DNA of 52,838 nucleotides from a virus (taxonomy: Duplodnaviria > Caudoviricetes): positions 1-52,838 of the IMG/VR virus record IMGVR_UViG_3300009149_000044; one strand, given 5' to 3'. The notes under the pieces were generated by a model. It had not been told where the DNA came from, searched no databases, and saw only the letters and a program-made list of their open reading frames with translations. The position numbers were made by a program, and so were the translations under genes. The stretch's first letter is position 1. The number at the start of each line of letters is the position of its first letter. This document shows positions 43,590-52,838 of this stretch, piece after piece.

Positions 43590-45632
43590 TTACTTAGCGC
43601 GCTCGATTCGGGTGATTGCATACGGGACCTCTTTCAGCCAGATTTCAGCGTAATAACCGGAGTCTTCTATATCTTGCTCGAGATAACCGAGTTCGATCTT
43701 CTGGATGTAAGTCTCGGGGTGATCCATTGCCAGTTGGCGCCAGTTGGTCGTGTCAATTTCGGGGTTCTGTGTCTCAGGATCTGCGTTGATGGTGGGGCAG
43801 TCGGTTTGGCACCGAAAACGCTTGCCGTGGTAGCGCACGATGTCTTCGGTTACGTATTGGTGGGTCGGATTCCAGACCGTGTAATAACCAATCCGCCACC
43901 AAAGCTCTGGTGCTTGGGGTGGAGGCATTCCGATCTGTGGTATATGGCTGACAATACAGCGATACGCGACTGGATATCCAGGGATCTCTTCATAGCAAAC
44001 AATGTCACCATCCCACCAATCACCTGAATCCCAACCGAAATAGACTTGGTGGGTATGCCACGGATTGTCGGTATCGTGTTGCTTCTGCCAATACAAGGCT
44101 CCCGAAGCTCCTCCCGGTTTCGTGTCCGGATCTGCTGCGAGTGAATCCTGGAGTGCGCGGTAGCTACTGCCATTCGCATCAACAATCAGATCACCAGTAT
44201 GGTATTGATAAACTTGTGTGTCGTCATGGTGATACTTACCTCCTGGTGGTAAGTAAACATACCATGTCCAGTGCTCAGGATCACCTTGCGGGCTGACTTC
44301 TGCCTCGCCCGCTCCGTATGCTTTGATACAGCGCCAGCGATAAGACTGATAAGGAAACTCCACCACATCGTCTACAGCATAGCCACTATAAAAACTCCAC
44401 GCAGGTGTATTCCAACGATTAAACCCGAGAAGGAGCTTTTCAGAGGCAACATTCGGCTCACCGGGTATATGGCCGCTTTGATATGGCTCGTTAGTAGCTT
44501 CAATATCGATGAAAAACCCGTGGGTATATCCGCTTACAGTAGGTTGTTCGGCATCCTTTGTATACGCGACTATATAGTATGGAACGGAACCGCCTGTGGT
44601 TCCCCACACATAGACACCACGCTGGCTTAATACGATACGCTGTGCTGATTCTCCATGCTGCCCCATAGCCCCATATTCTGCTAAATCGCTTGTGTCAAAC
44701 TTGTGGGTACGGCCGTAGGGCATCGCGACATTATACGTCCCTGTGATGAAGACAAAGGCTGTATCGTGATCAACGATAGCGTCGTTGATTGTAAAATAAA
44801 AGAGAAGATCACTCTCATGGAGCTGGTTTCCCTCATCATTGTAAGACCTGAGGCGTGCATAATCCATCCAACCTTCGTTGCCGACTGCCGAATACCCGAC
44901 GATAGCGTTGGTGCTGAAGCAGACTACAACCTCTCCCACGGCGGGTTCATGATTGGCGGGCTGACCGAGATCTCGGGCCCAATGGAATGAACCATCGGTG
45001 TGATACTTTACCAGAGTGTGCCGCGCAACAGCACCTCGCGAAACAGCATACCGATAATTCACATAGAGTTGCATACCAGCCCAGATGGGGTTCACGAACT
45101 CAATAGCCAGCTCACCTGAGTAGTAATCGATCGTGGCAGATGCTACTTGAGCACCTACAAGCGCTCCCAACCCGTCGTCTCTGGCCAGCTCGGTGGTGCC
45201 TGTAACCACAACAGAACCCGCCTGCACCGGTGTGGTTAGCGCTGCAGTGAATATAGAGGTCTCGCCATCAGCAGTCGCAAACAAAGAGGTCTTTGGGAGA
45301 TATTCTACCGGATCCTCCCCCAGCAGGACGTAGACCTGCCCAGCTGAATCTGTCGCAGCGTCGATGACGGTATTGTTGAAATACAGCGCCGCAGCGACAC
45401 CTCCGTTTACACGGCGTGTGACCACACGGTCTGCTCTGATATCCAAGAATGACGGTAGTGCTGGATTATCTTGAAAGCCGTATCCCCGCTTCACGCGCAA
45501 TCTGGGTGCTGAGCGCAAATGCGGGAGGCGTCGATACGCATCATCCTGCTCATCTGAGTAGCAGATAATGTCACTGCCCTGGGCTGTGATGAAATCAGGT
45601 GCTGCAATCTCAAAAGGTCGGAGCATTGTCAT
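43590..45632 (-). CDS. tail/receptor-binding protein with four carbohydrate-binding (CBM5/12-like) repeats
   Basis: Repeated W..Y..(G)D.V.(Y)...(Y)RC...P...W units; last gene of the tail block. Confidence 0.65.
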   Translation of the reverse strand: MTMLRPFEIAAPDFITAQGSDIICYSDEQDDAYRRLPHLRSAPRLRVKRGYGFQDNPALPSFLDIRADRVVTRRVNGGVAAALYFNNTVIDAATDSAGQVYVLLGEDPVEYLPKTSLFATADGETSIFTAALTTPVQAGSVVVTGTTELARDDGLGALVGAQVASATIDYYSGELAIEFVNPIWAGMQLYVNYRYAVSRGAVARHTLVKYHTDGSFHWARDLGQPANHEPAVGEVVVCFSTNAIVGYSAVGNEGWMDYARLRSYNDEGNQLHESDLLFYFTINDAIVDHDTAFVFITGTYNVAMPYGRTHKFDTSDLAEYGAMGQHGESAQRIVLSQRGVYVWGTTGGSVPYYIVAYTKDAEQPTVSGYTHGFFIDIEATNEPYQSGHIPGEPNVASEKLLLGFNRWNTPAWSFYSGYAVDDVVEFPYQSYRWRCIKAYGAGEAEVSPQGDPEHWTWYVYLPPGGKYHHDDTQVYQYHTGDLIVDANGSSYRALQDSLAADPDTKPGGASGALYWQKQHDTDNPWHTHQVYFGWDSGDWWDGDIVCYEEIPGYPVAYRCIVSHIPQIGMPPPQAPELWWRIGYYTVWNPTHQYVTEDIVRYHGKRFRCQTDCPTINADPETQNPEIDTTNWRQLAMDHPETYIQKIELGYLEQDIEDSGYYAEIWLKEVPYAITRIERAK

Positions 45633-46033
45633 CGGTCAGTCTCAAAAGGTGCTAGCGCCAGGAGGCGGCTGTCAATTTCTGCAACCAGGATTCGGTCGCC
45701 TGGATCAAGAGCTGGGGCCAGTTTATACCACCGCGGCTCTTCGACACCCCAAATAGCGTGATCACTGGCCTTCAAGGTAAACTCGGCTCCACCGTCGATC
45801 GGACGGCAGGTCAGATAATCATCATTGTCTTCAGCTGAAACCTCGGGCTCAGCCAAAACCACAGCCATGTAAATACTGGGTTGTGGCTGCGCCACACGAC
45901 CCAGAACACCGAGAGAGGTTTGGAAAAACGGGTTTCCACTGCTCTGTAGCATCTTGACGCGAGCGCGGATAATGTTTTCATCTTCAGCGCGTATCGGGTC
46001 ACCTGGTTTTACGGGGTCAAGCATATCAAACAC
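45629..46033 (-). CDS. putative tail tip protein
   Basis: PVKPGDPIRAEDEN N-terminus; position. Confidence 0.5.
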   Translation of the reverse strand: MFDMLDPVKPGDPIRAEDENIIRARVKMLQSSGNPFFQTSLGVLGRVAQPQPSIYMAVVLAEPEVSAEDNDDYLTCRPIDGGAEFTLKASDHAIWGVEEPRWYKLAPALDPGDRILVAEIDSRLLALAPFETDR

Positions 46034-46805
46034 CTGGTATCAGCGCGTTGAGGTTTTCGCTGCGATACTGCTCATATTTCTCCTCGGTCTCAGTTGAGTA
46101 GATGAACTGATATTCTTGGGCCTCGGGCCTCCAGTAAGCATTCCACCCAAGCGCATCTTCGCCTTGCCAATTCGGCTTGTAGATGAAATGCAGCTCAATC
46201 TCAAACTGGAGCTCTTCGTCCGTGTTGATGGTCCTGCGGATGACAGGGGGCATGTAGAGCAGCGTCTGCGCTGGGAACACAAGACCGGTAAGGCCTTGTG
46301 TGCGGGGGCTAACTGCGGTTGTGTTGACCGCCCCCATATACCGCAGCATTTCGTCAGTGACCCGATCCTGCTCAAACAGCGTCACGATATACTCACAGCC
46401 GGGCATCAGCAGCCCCGGAGCCTGCTCTTTCGTCAGCGCGTCACCGTCAACACTCCCCCAGCGGAAGTTCTTCGGATCCAGTGTGATGAACTCCAGCGTG
46501 GGCTGTAGCAACTCAGTGAGTAAATCGGTCCCGATCTGCTCTTTCTTGTCGAACTCGTATTCGGCAGTCACGACCGCCTTTTCGTAAGAGGCGTCTGAAC
46601 CCGAGCCCTCAAGCCGCGCGGCGTAGGGCACGATGCTGAGCCGCTTCGCCCGTGCTGAGATGAAAGTCGGGTAGGTGGTATTGAGCAGCGCATCCCGCAC
46701 TGCTATGCGGTCAGACCAATTGCAGATAAAGCGCCGGGTGGCTTTGAAGCCCTCCTTGCTCTTCTCCTCCTCGGGCGACCCTTGCATTTCATAGTAATCA
46801 GCCAT
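46026..46805 (-). CDS. putative distal tail protein
   Basis: Immediately after the tape measure gene. Confidence 0.55.
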   Translation of the reverse strand: MADYYEMQGSPEEEKSKEGFKATRRFICNWSDRIAVRDALLNTTYPTFISARAKRLSIVPYAARLEGSGSDASYEKAVVTAEYEFDKKEQIGTDLLTELLQPTLEFITLDPKNFRWGSVDGDALTKEQAPGLLMPGCEYIVTLFEQDRVTDEMLRYMGAVNTTAVSPRTQGLTGLVFPAQTLLYMPPVIRRTINTDEELQFEIELHFIYKPNWQGEDALGWNAYWRPEAQEYQFIYSTETEEKYEQYRSENLNALIPGV

Positions 46806-46812
46806 TTATACC

Positions 46813-48798
46813 TCAAGAGAATGCTGCGACGCCAACTCTGGTCTTGATGGCGTCGAGTGTCTTGTCCATTTTGGAGAGAACCTTGTTGGTCTCACCGGTT
46901 TCGTGTAGCTGCTTCTTGGCGACCTGCACACCCTCTTCTGCCACCTCGGTGTTCTCCTCCGTCGCCTTCACCTGAGGATCCATCTTGGCTGTAGAAATCC
47001 TCTTCCACATCTCAGCCAAACCAACGATCTCCGCCTGCAGCCCTTTATCTGCATCCATTCCCGGCATCTTAGGGAGCTCGGGGACTTTCAGTTCGATTTC
47101 TCCACCAACTTTATCCAGCTTGAACGCGTCTGACAGATCTGACATCAGCGTTCTGATCGACGCCATGCGCTCCAGATATTTCTTGTTGATCTTATTGCCA
47201 AGGGTATCTGTGAGCTGCCCGATTTCAAGCGCGAGTTGCTTCTCCAAATCAGTCATCTCACGCGCAGCGATCTCAGGTAGTTGCGCCACTGTCCACGTGA
47301 AGCCCTCCAAGAGACCGGTCCACATGAACGAACCTTTCTCACCGAACGAGACGACATAATCCCATGCTGCAGTAACGAAATTCTTCAGGTTCTCCCATAA
47401 GTTCTTCATGAAGATCCCGAAGGCCATCGTCAGGTCCATGAAGAGATCTTTCCAGTTCTGCTTGAACCAGGTCCAGATTGCTGGAATCTTGACAGTGAAG
47501 GTGTGCTTGAAGTCCTCAAACATAGAAACGACAGCGAACTGCATGAATTTCCAGATCACCAGCGCCGTGTCTTTCCAATTGCGAATAGCAACCTCCACCG
47601 CTGTGAATGCATAAATACCATTTCGCAGAATCTCGTTCGCCATCTTCGTGAATCCAGTAGACACACGCTCGATGGTGGTTATACCTTCACCTTGTATATA
47701 TGCAAGGGCTGTGGCAATACCTGCAATTGCCGCGATCGCAAGCAGTGTAGGGCTCAGCAGCCCGGCAATAGCTATCTTCAGGGTCCAGACTGCAACAGTC
47801 ACACCGAAGATCACCGCTTTGACTGCAACGAACGCACCTACCATCACAGCGGTGATCTGTAACGTGCTTTTCAACAAGATCAAGTGGCTCTGCATCCACG
47901 CGCGGATAGAACTGATAACTGCGCTGATTGCATTACGCACTCGATCGAGCATTGGCACCAGAATCGACGCGGCGCCGCGAACAGCCGCGTGAACAACAGG
48001 ACCGATGCTTGAGAGTGTCTTCGTAACGGCACGGACCTTATCTCCTACAGCGAACTCTTTGTTTATTGTCAGACCGACATCTTTCATCATGCGGGTCATG
48101 GAGTCTTTGAGGTTGGTCATCGCCCCGGTTACCGTCTTGCTCTGGGCCTCCATGGCACCACCGAAACGCTCGGTCATACCGTGCAGAATAGCGCTGACAC
48201 CTTGAGCAGCACTGATCTGCTTTGACTCCGCCTTTTTCATCGCTGTAGGCAGATCGGTGCCGATTGCGTCCGCGAGCATCTGCCACGCTGGAATGCCTGC
48301 TTCCGCGAGCTGCCGCATCTCCTCTGCGCTGACAGCACCTTTCGCTTGCATCTGACCCAGAGCACGGATCAACCGCGTCAACACGTCTTGCCCACCACCT
48401 AAAGCTGATGTTGCATCACCCATAGCTGTGAGGGTTGACAGCACGTCATCGGCAGCAAAGCCCATCGCGAGCATCATCTTGGTCGACTGCAGGATTGTCT
48501 GAATATCAAATGGTGTTCTGACAGCGAAGTCTTCGAGATCTCTGAGCATTCTCTTTGCTGCTTTGGCGCTACCCAATAACGTGCGGAAGGCGATCTCCGT
48601 TTGCTCAAATTGAGCGCCCAGTTTCATCGCGGAGGCAATACCGATACCACCAACCAAGGCGGAGATAGGCGCAAATAACCGCGTAGCCATTCTCGCGAAC
48701 GTCTTCATCCTGCTGGTCGTTTCGCCCAGCGTGTTCCGGAGGTGGCTGGCGTTCCCTTTGAGGAGGACGGCTGCTGTTGCTATATTACCGAATGACAT
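46813..48798 (-). CDS. tail tape measure protein
   Basis: FEQTEIAFRTLLGS, FAVRTPF, ALGQMQAKG...EEMRQLAEAGIP tape-measure domain; hydrophobic central helices. Confidence 0.93.
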   Translation of the reverse strand: MSFGNIATAAVLLKGNASHLRNTLGETTSRMKTFARMATRLFAPISALVGGIGIASAMKLGAQFEQTEIAFRTLLGSAKAAKRMLRDLEDFAVRTPFDIQTILQSTKMMLAMGFAADDVLSTLTAMGDATSALGGGQDVLTRLIRALGQMQAKGAVSAEEMRQLAEAGIPAWQMLADAIGTDLPTAMKKAESKQISAAQGVSAILHGMTERFGGAMEAQSKTVTGAMTNLKDSMTRMMKDVGLTINKEFAVGDKVRAVTKTLSSIGPVVHAAVRGAASILVPMLDRVRNAISAVISSIRAWMQSHLILLKSTLQITAVMVGAFVAVKAVIFGVTVAVWTLKIAIAGLLSPTLLAIAAIAGIATALAYIQGEGITTIERVSTGFTKMANEILRNGIYAFTAVEVAIRNWKDTALVIWKFMQFAVVSMFEDFKHTFTVKIPAIWTWFKQNWKDLFMDLTMAFGIFMKNLWENLKNFVTAAWDYVVSFGEKGSFMWTGLLEGFTWTVAQLPEIAAREMTDLEKQLALEIGQLTDTLGNKINKKYLERMASIRTLMSDLSDAFKLDKVGGEIELKVPELPKMPGMDADKGLQAEIVGLAEMWKRISTAKMDPQVKATEENTEVAEEGVQVAKKQLHETGETNKVLSKMDKTLDAIKTRVGVAAFS

Positions 48799-49030
48799 CT
48801 TGTCCTCTGCTGCGTGAGTATTGCATTGCCTCTTCCAAGGTGGCGAATTTCATCGTCTGCGCTTGCTCTTCGTTTTCAGGCATTAACGCCATCAGCTGCG
48901 TCGGCGTCATCTCTCCTATCTCAGTCGGCGTCAGGCCGCGGTAATACAACATTACATCGCGGATGACACTTCCCCAGTCGATGTCTCTGGTTGTTCGTGC
49001 CCCGCTTGTGGCGGGGCTGTCAAGTTTGGG
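48785..49030 (-). CDS. -1 frameshift extension of the tail assembly chaperone (gpGT-like)
   Basis: Slippery C-CCA-AAC at 49030-49024; the -1 frame reads LDSPATSG...DWGSVIRDVMLYYRGLTPTEIGEMTPTQL...VIR*. Confidence 0.85.
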   Translation of the reverse strand, partial: PKLDSPATSGARTTRDIDWGSVIRDVMLYYRGLTPTEIGEMTPTQLMALMPENEEQAQTMKFATLEEAMQYSRSRGQDVIR

Positions 49031-49446
49031 ACTTTGACCTCACCGATCGCCTGGGCGTTTAGCTTATTGAACGCAAGGAGCACCTGGGGGATCTCTTCGA
49101 TCATGAGGCTCTGCTGCAGACTCACGAAATCCAGTTTAGGGTGGTTGGGATGCAGCCCCAACCAGATAAGCATCGAAATGCCCTCAAAGGAGGCCATAAT
49201 CTGCTCAGTCTCATCTGAGATGAGCGTAATGGTTGCGGCCTCCTTTGCCGCCGCCGCGATGACCTTCCCGTGCTCATGCTGTGGGATGAGCTTTAGATGG
49301 TCGATGACACCACGCATAACGCGGCTCTGACACCACCTCTCAAATTCAGCCCACGAGTGCATATTCAGTGGCGAGAGCCGAAGCGTCTCACCATGGATCA
49401 CCACCTCTTCAGGTGTTGCCAACATCTCAGACAGTTGCTTTGCCAC
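48952..49446 (-). CDS. tail assembly chaperone (gpG-like)
   Basis: Between tail tube and tape measure; carries the slippery site. Confidence 0.8.
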   Translation of the reverse strand: MAKQLSEMLATPEEVVIHGETLRLSPLNMHSWAEFERWCQSRVMRGVIDHLKLIPQHEHGKVIAAAAKEAATITLISDETEQIMASFEGISMLIWLGLHPNHPKLDFVSLQQSLMIEEIPQVLLAFNKLNAQAIGEVKVPNLTAPPQAGHEQPETSTGEVSSAM

Positions 49447-49458
49447 CGTTAAATCTCC

Positions 49459-50292
49459 TTAACCTGCCCACCAGGACGTCAAGTCAGGCGTGACAATCTC
49501 GCCTGAGAGCAAGGACGCGCCTTCATATGCGAAGCCAGTGAACCCGGCGTTATACGTGAAGCCGATCAGTGCGCCGGTCTCCCGATTGACCTCGATGTCG
49601 GACATTTCGTGGAACATCATCCAACTCAGCAGCCAGAACTCGGTGTCGTTGATGTAGAGACGCAACGCCCGGATGCTGTTGGGAGGGAATATCCAAGCCT
49701 CACCAAGGGCGCTTTCGTAGACAGCGATCGAGAGTGTAACGTCCCAGTTGCCCGCCATACGCTTCGTCTCACCAGCAGTGCTGCTCGAGACGTAGGACTG
49801 ATTGTCAGATGTCATTGTCAGCGTAACCGTCCGGACGTCAGGGATGTCATTAAACTGCGGGCTGGTAGCCGGTGCGGCATACTCAATCTTACAGCCGACA
49901 GACGACTCCGGTTCCGGATCAGTGAAGTCGGATGCAGACACAAACTGCCTCTCCAACGCGCCATTGGCGCTGAAGGTCGTCGTCGTGACTATCGGGCCGC
50001 CGCCCTCGATATCCCAGCGTATCTCGACTTGATCTACAATCGCAGGGCCGACTACACCCCAAGCGCCGGTTGCCTTCCCTGTGAACGTAAAGGACTCACC
50101 GGGCTTGAGAACGGGCTGCCCCCCAAATGTCTCGAACGAACCTGACCAATCCTTATTACCCGCCAGCCGCAATGCATTGCCTGCGGTGTTGGAGGCAATG
50201 ACTTTCTGGACGTCAGCAGAAAGGCTGATCCTCCAGTTGCGCACGGTATGCACGCCGTCTATACAACCATAAATCCCGCTAGTTACACTCAT
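49459..50292 (-). CDS. tail tube protein with internal domain duplication
   Basis: Position; two similar halves (VRNWRISLSAD...SNTAG...RLAGNKDWSGS / VRTVTLTMTSD...SSTAG...RMAGNWDVTLS). Confidence 0.7.
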   Translation of the reverse strand: MSVTSGIYGCIDGVHTVRNWRISLSADVQKVIASNTAGNALRLAGNKDWSGSFETFGGQPVLKPGESFTFTGKATGAWGVVGPAIVDQVEIRWDIEGGGPIVTTTTFSANGALERQFVSASDFTDPEPESSVGCKIEYAAPATSPQFNDIPDVRTVTLTMTSDNQSYVSSSTAGETKRMAGNWDVTLSIAVYESALGEAWIFPPNSIRALRLYINDTEFWLLSWMMFHEMSDIEVNRETGALIGFTYNAGFTGFAYEGASLLSGEIVTPDLTSWWAG

Positions 50293-50294
50293 CT

Positions 50295-50795
50295 CTATTC
50301 TCCTTGCAGATCAGCCGTGCTGAACCACATCTCGATTTCGCAAACCACCAATGTAGTCCAACCCTTAATGCCACGCATCAACTCGGTATCGGTAATGCCT
50401 TCTTGAACCTCAATCAGTTTACACGTCTTGACGAATTTCTTTCCAGCCCAGACCAGCTCAAGGAGGGTGCTGAGGCTTTTACTGAACGCCCGGTAGATCT
50501 CCCACTGGACTGGATATGTCACCTCAGTCACCCGCTGGTCACCAGAGGCCACTTGAATCGAAAAGCGCTTAGTGATCGAACTGCCGTTAGAGGTCCGTAG
50601 CAGATGGCACGCGCCACCCGCGGGTATAATACGAACCTCAGGCACGTCCTGGGATGCGACCTGGGTCTTGTTCGGGTCAGGATTGGTACCTGACAGCTTG
50701 ATCCTGTTGCCTACAGGAACCAGATCAGTGAAACCCGCATGGTTCTCAAGGACGGCCCAGACAGCGTCATATACGGTGGATAGAGGATCGCTCAT
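50295..50795 (-). CDS. tail terminator-like protein
   Basis: Size and position upstream of the tail tube. Confidence 0.55.
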   Translation of the reverse strand: MSDPLSTVYDAVWAVLENHAGFTDLVPVGNRIKLSGTNPDPNKTQVASQDVPEVRIIPAGGACHLLRTSNGSSITKRFSIQVASGDQRVTEVTYPVQWEIYRAFSKSLSTLLELVWAGKKFVKTCKLIEVQEGITDTELMRGIKGWTTLVVCEIEMWFSTADLQGE

Positions 50796-51367
50796 CCGCG
50801 CGCCTCCTTCCCGACTGCTTCAAGCATCAGAGCGGCCATTTTCATAACCAGCGGCGGCGGGGGTGCGACGATGATCTTGCGTTGAGGGAGCTTCGGGCTC
50901 CCAGCCTGGTGAAAAGAAGCGATGTCAGCGATCGTCGCACCCCCATTCGGGTGGAGATGTGGGCCGCCGATACCTACTACGACACCGTAAGGAACATCTT
51001 CCTGGAGCTGGCCCGGATAACCGAGATCAGGGCTCAGCGTCTTGTAGAGCGTGTTGGTATCTCTGAGGATAGAAACTTGGCCTCCGCCAGAAGCCACCGC
51101 GGCCTGGTAAGCCTTCTTCCCACGCTTGAATTTTCCACCTTTTCCGTGGCGTCGCGCAAGGATAGTAAGAGGGCTCAGCGGAGGCCAATCTCCGCCGCCT
51201 TTACTGTAGACATCATATCTCTCTTTAGCGAACGCACGATACAACCGAGCCCATTGCAGGAACGCGTTCCCAATGTGGCCGGTGTGCGCCTGTAACCCCT
51301 TCTCAATCTGCTTTGAGAGGTGGATCAGCGCCGAGAGATCAATGTTTACAGTAACCGCGACTTCCAT
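50792..51367 (-). CDS. tail completion / virion morphogenesis protein (Mu gpG-like)
   Basis: WPPLSPLT, ILRDTNTL, ASFHQAG...LPQR; start at ATG 51367. Confidence 0.8.
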   Translation of the reverse strand: MEVAVTVNIDLSALIHLSKQIEKGLQAHTGHIGNAFLQWARLYRAFAKERYDVYSKGGGDWPPLSPLTILARRHGKGGKFKRGKKAYQAAVASGGGQVSILRDTNTLYKTLSPDLGYPGQLQEDVPYGVVVGIGGPHLHPNGGATIADIASFHQAGSPKLPQRKIIVAPPPPLVMKMAALMLEAVGKEARG

Positions 51368-51372
51368 CTGGT

Positions 51373-51846
51373 TTACTCTGTTCCGAGCAGAAGCAGCTGA
51401 TACGTGGTTGTGGACGCAGCCGCGCAGATTTTGAGGCTCTTGCTGCCTGCTGCGACAGGGATACCGTCTGCGTCGTCGACACCGAATATAAGCCAGGCAC
51501 CTGGCGGCAGTTTGATGACGTCGCTGGCATCGTTCAGTATGCCCAGCCACGCAGTGGCTGCGGCACCGCCGACCAGCAGGTTGTTGGTGTCGCCTGTGTT
51601 GACGATGATCGCCGCGTGCACCTGTGTGAGCACCGTCGCATCACCGAACTCATCATTGAAGCTCTGCAGGTCAATTGTCTCACCCGTGGTATCGAGCGAT
51701 CCAGCTTTCTCCAGGATCTTATCGTAACGCGTGCCGGTCAAGGCGAATCCTTTGTTCACCGTGGCGGTCATCGAAAGGGTGCCGATCTCCGCAGCTTTCG
51801 TCTGCGTCCCTGTGATCTTCGCTTGAACTGATCCGCTAGCAGCCAT
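51373..51846 (-). CDS. putative virion structural protein
   Basis: Beta-rich; lies in the head-tail block; AAGGAG RBS. Confidence 0.55.
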   Translation of the reverse strand: MAASGSVQAKITGTQTKAAEIGTLSMTATVNKGFALTGTRYDKILEKAGSLDTTGETIDLQSFNDEFGDATVLTQVHAAIIVNTGDTNNLLVGGAAATAWLGILNDASDVIKLPPGAWLIFGVDDADGIPVAAGSKSLKICAAASTTTYQLLLLGTE

Positions 51847-51857
51847 CTGATCTCTCC

Positions 51858-52328
51858 TTAATCTTTTTCAACGATCTTAGGGTAGGTAATGCAAGTCGAT
51901 ACCGCATCAAGGCGGCGCTTGGATGCTTGGATCTCTGCAATCACCAGTAAAACCTGATCTTTATTCCATTTCAGGCGGTGAACAGCGCCGCCAGTTTCAG
52001 GGTTGTAATCAGCGATGCCGCGGCTCTCATACAGCCAAACACCGGCCATCTGCGCGCAGATGTTCGTGATCGTTACCGGTATCTCAGCGTTCGTATTCTG
52101 GATAGGGATAGTGTAACGACCGCCACGCAGCTTATCGTTAATCTCCGATGTGGCCCATTCTCGGGCTCTGTCAATCCGGTTGCTGATTTTGGTGGCGTCA
52201 GCGTCGGCGTCCAGATCTGCCCATTGCTTCACGTTCTCGACTCCGAAGACATCCTCGATGTCATCCCGCGTGCAGTAGTAGGTGAAATCACCCGCCGCCT
52301 CATCCATATAGAACGTGCTGCCGGCCAT
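51858..52328 (-). CDS. head-tail adaptor (Mu gp36/DUF1320-like)
   Basis: YCTRDDIEDVFG...ATSEINDKLRGGRYTIPI...IC...LYESR. Confidence 0.75.
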   Translation of the reverse strand: MAGSTFYMDEAAGDFTYYCTRDDIEDVFGVENVKQWADLDADADATKISNRIDRAREWATSEINDKLRGGRYTIPIQNTNAEIPVTITNICAQMAGVWLYESRGIADYNPETGGAVHRLKWNKDQVLLVIAEIQASKRRLDAVSTCITYPKIVEKD

Positions 52329-52838
52329 TAATCTGCCTCCACCGTAAACGCCTGCCCTTGGATCGACACGCGGTTCCTCTTGTAAGCCCAGAGGTAATAG
52401 GTAATTCCAGCCTCGAGGAGGAACTCGACTATGCCACTCTCGTTTGTAGTTTTGACACCCCTTACGGGCACTGCGTTCGCGTCTGCTATCCAGACACGGA
52501 CACCGTCGACCGGAAAACCGGAATCTGGGTCAGCAATAGTGACCTTATAATTCACCGTGCCTGTCCCGCACATTATGAGCACCAGTGCGTCTATGACATC
52601 CGCGAGCGCGGAAACATCAGCTGCCGTGGACACGACGTCGCCGACGTCCAAGTTATCCAGATATCCTGCACGCAACGCGGTGAGTCTGTCGAGCAGCGTA
52701 TCCACCTCCCCCGCATCGATGTCCTTGCCTGTCCCGCCACCCTCTAGCCTCATCCCGTTATAGTTTGTTCCGCCTGCAGTTGCATGAATACCAGTTCCAC
52801 CAGCTCCGCCGACCGCCGACAGACCAGCTCCCACGCCA
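52328..52838 (-). CDS. 3' part of a Gly-rich virion protein, open at the right window edge
   Basis: Frame open to the window end; C-terminal beta-sandwich-like segment (VDGVRVWI...TTNESGIVEFLL). Confidence 0.65.
   Translation of the reverse strand, partial: GVGAGLSAVGGAGGTGIHATAGGTNYNGMRLEGGGTGKDIDAGEVDTLLDRLTALRAGYLDNLDVGDVVSTAADVSALADVIDALVLIMCGTGTVNYKVTIADPDSGFPVDGVRVWIADANAVPVRGVKTTNESGIVEFLLEAGITYYLWAYKRNRVSIQGQAFTVEAD

Noticed and set aside
29-52763. Numerous long plus-strand ORFs in the ORF track (e.g. 3604-4404, 5124-5894, 7639-8466, 19873-20760)
   Set aside because: They are antisense shadows of well-supported minus-strand genes in GC-rich DNA, with no motifs or RBS.

Overview
This window looks like a near-complete, circularly permuted genome of a tailed dsDNA phage, probably a siphovirus (tail tube and tape measure, no sheath). 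No integrase or transposase is visible, and all credible genes except queE are on the minus strand. Modules: (i) Mu-like/lambda-like head and packaging genes, including a 1121-aa MuF protein carrying HTH, kinase-like and ADP-ribosyltransferase domains; (ii) two glycosyltransferases coupled directly to the major capsid gene; (iii) a block of small early genes; (iv) a self-contained replication/recombination set (UDG-PolA fusion, beta clamp, clamp loader, DnaB, primase, SNF2, RecA, SSB, SbcCD-like, resolvase); (v) a complete 7-deazaguanine DNA-modification pathway (PRTase-FolE fusion, QueD, QueE, QueC, QueF and a DpdA-like transglycosylase that appears split and permuted); (vi) tail genes with a clear -1 frameshift chaperone. 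The non-coding DNA holds six TTGACT-N17-TATA(A/C)T promoters in sequence classes, a 135-bp duplicated promoter cassette and a recurrent GTGATATAGTT motif. It also holds a ~330-nt densely base-paired RNA-like element upstream of queE that I cannot assign to any known family. All product calls come from motif recognition by eye; no database searches were run.
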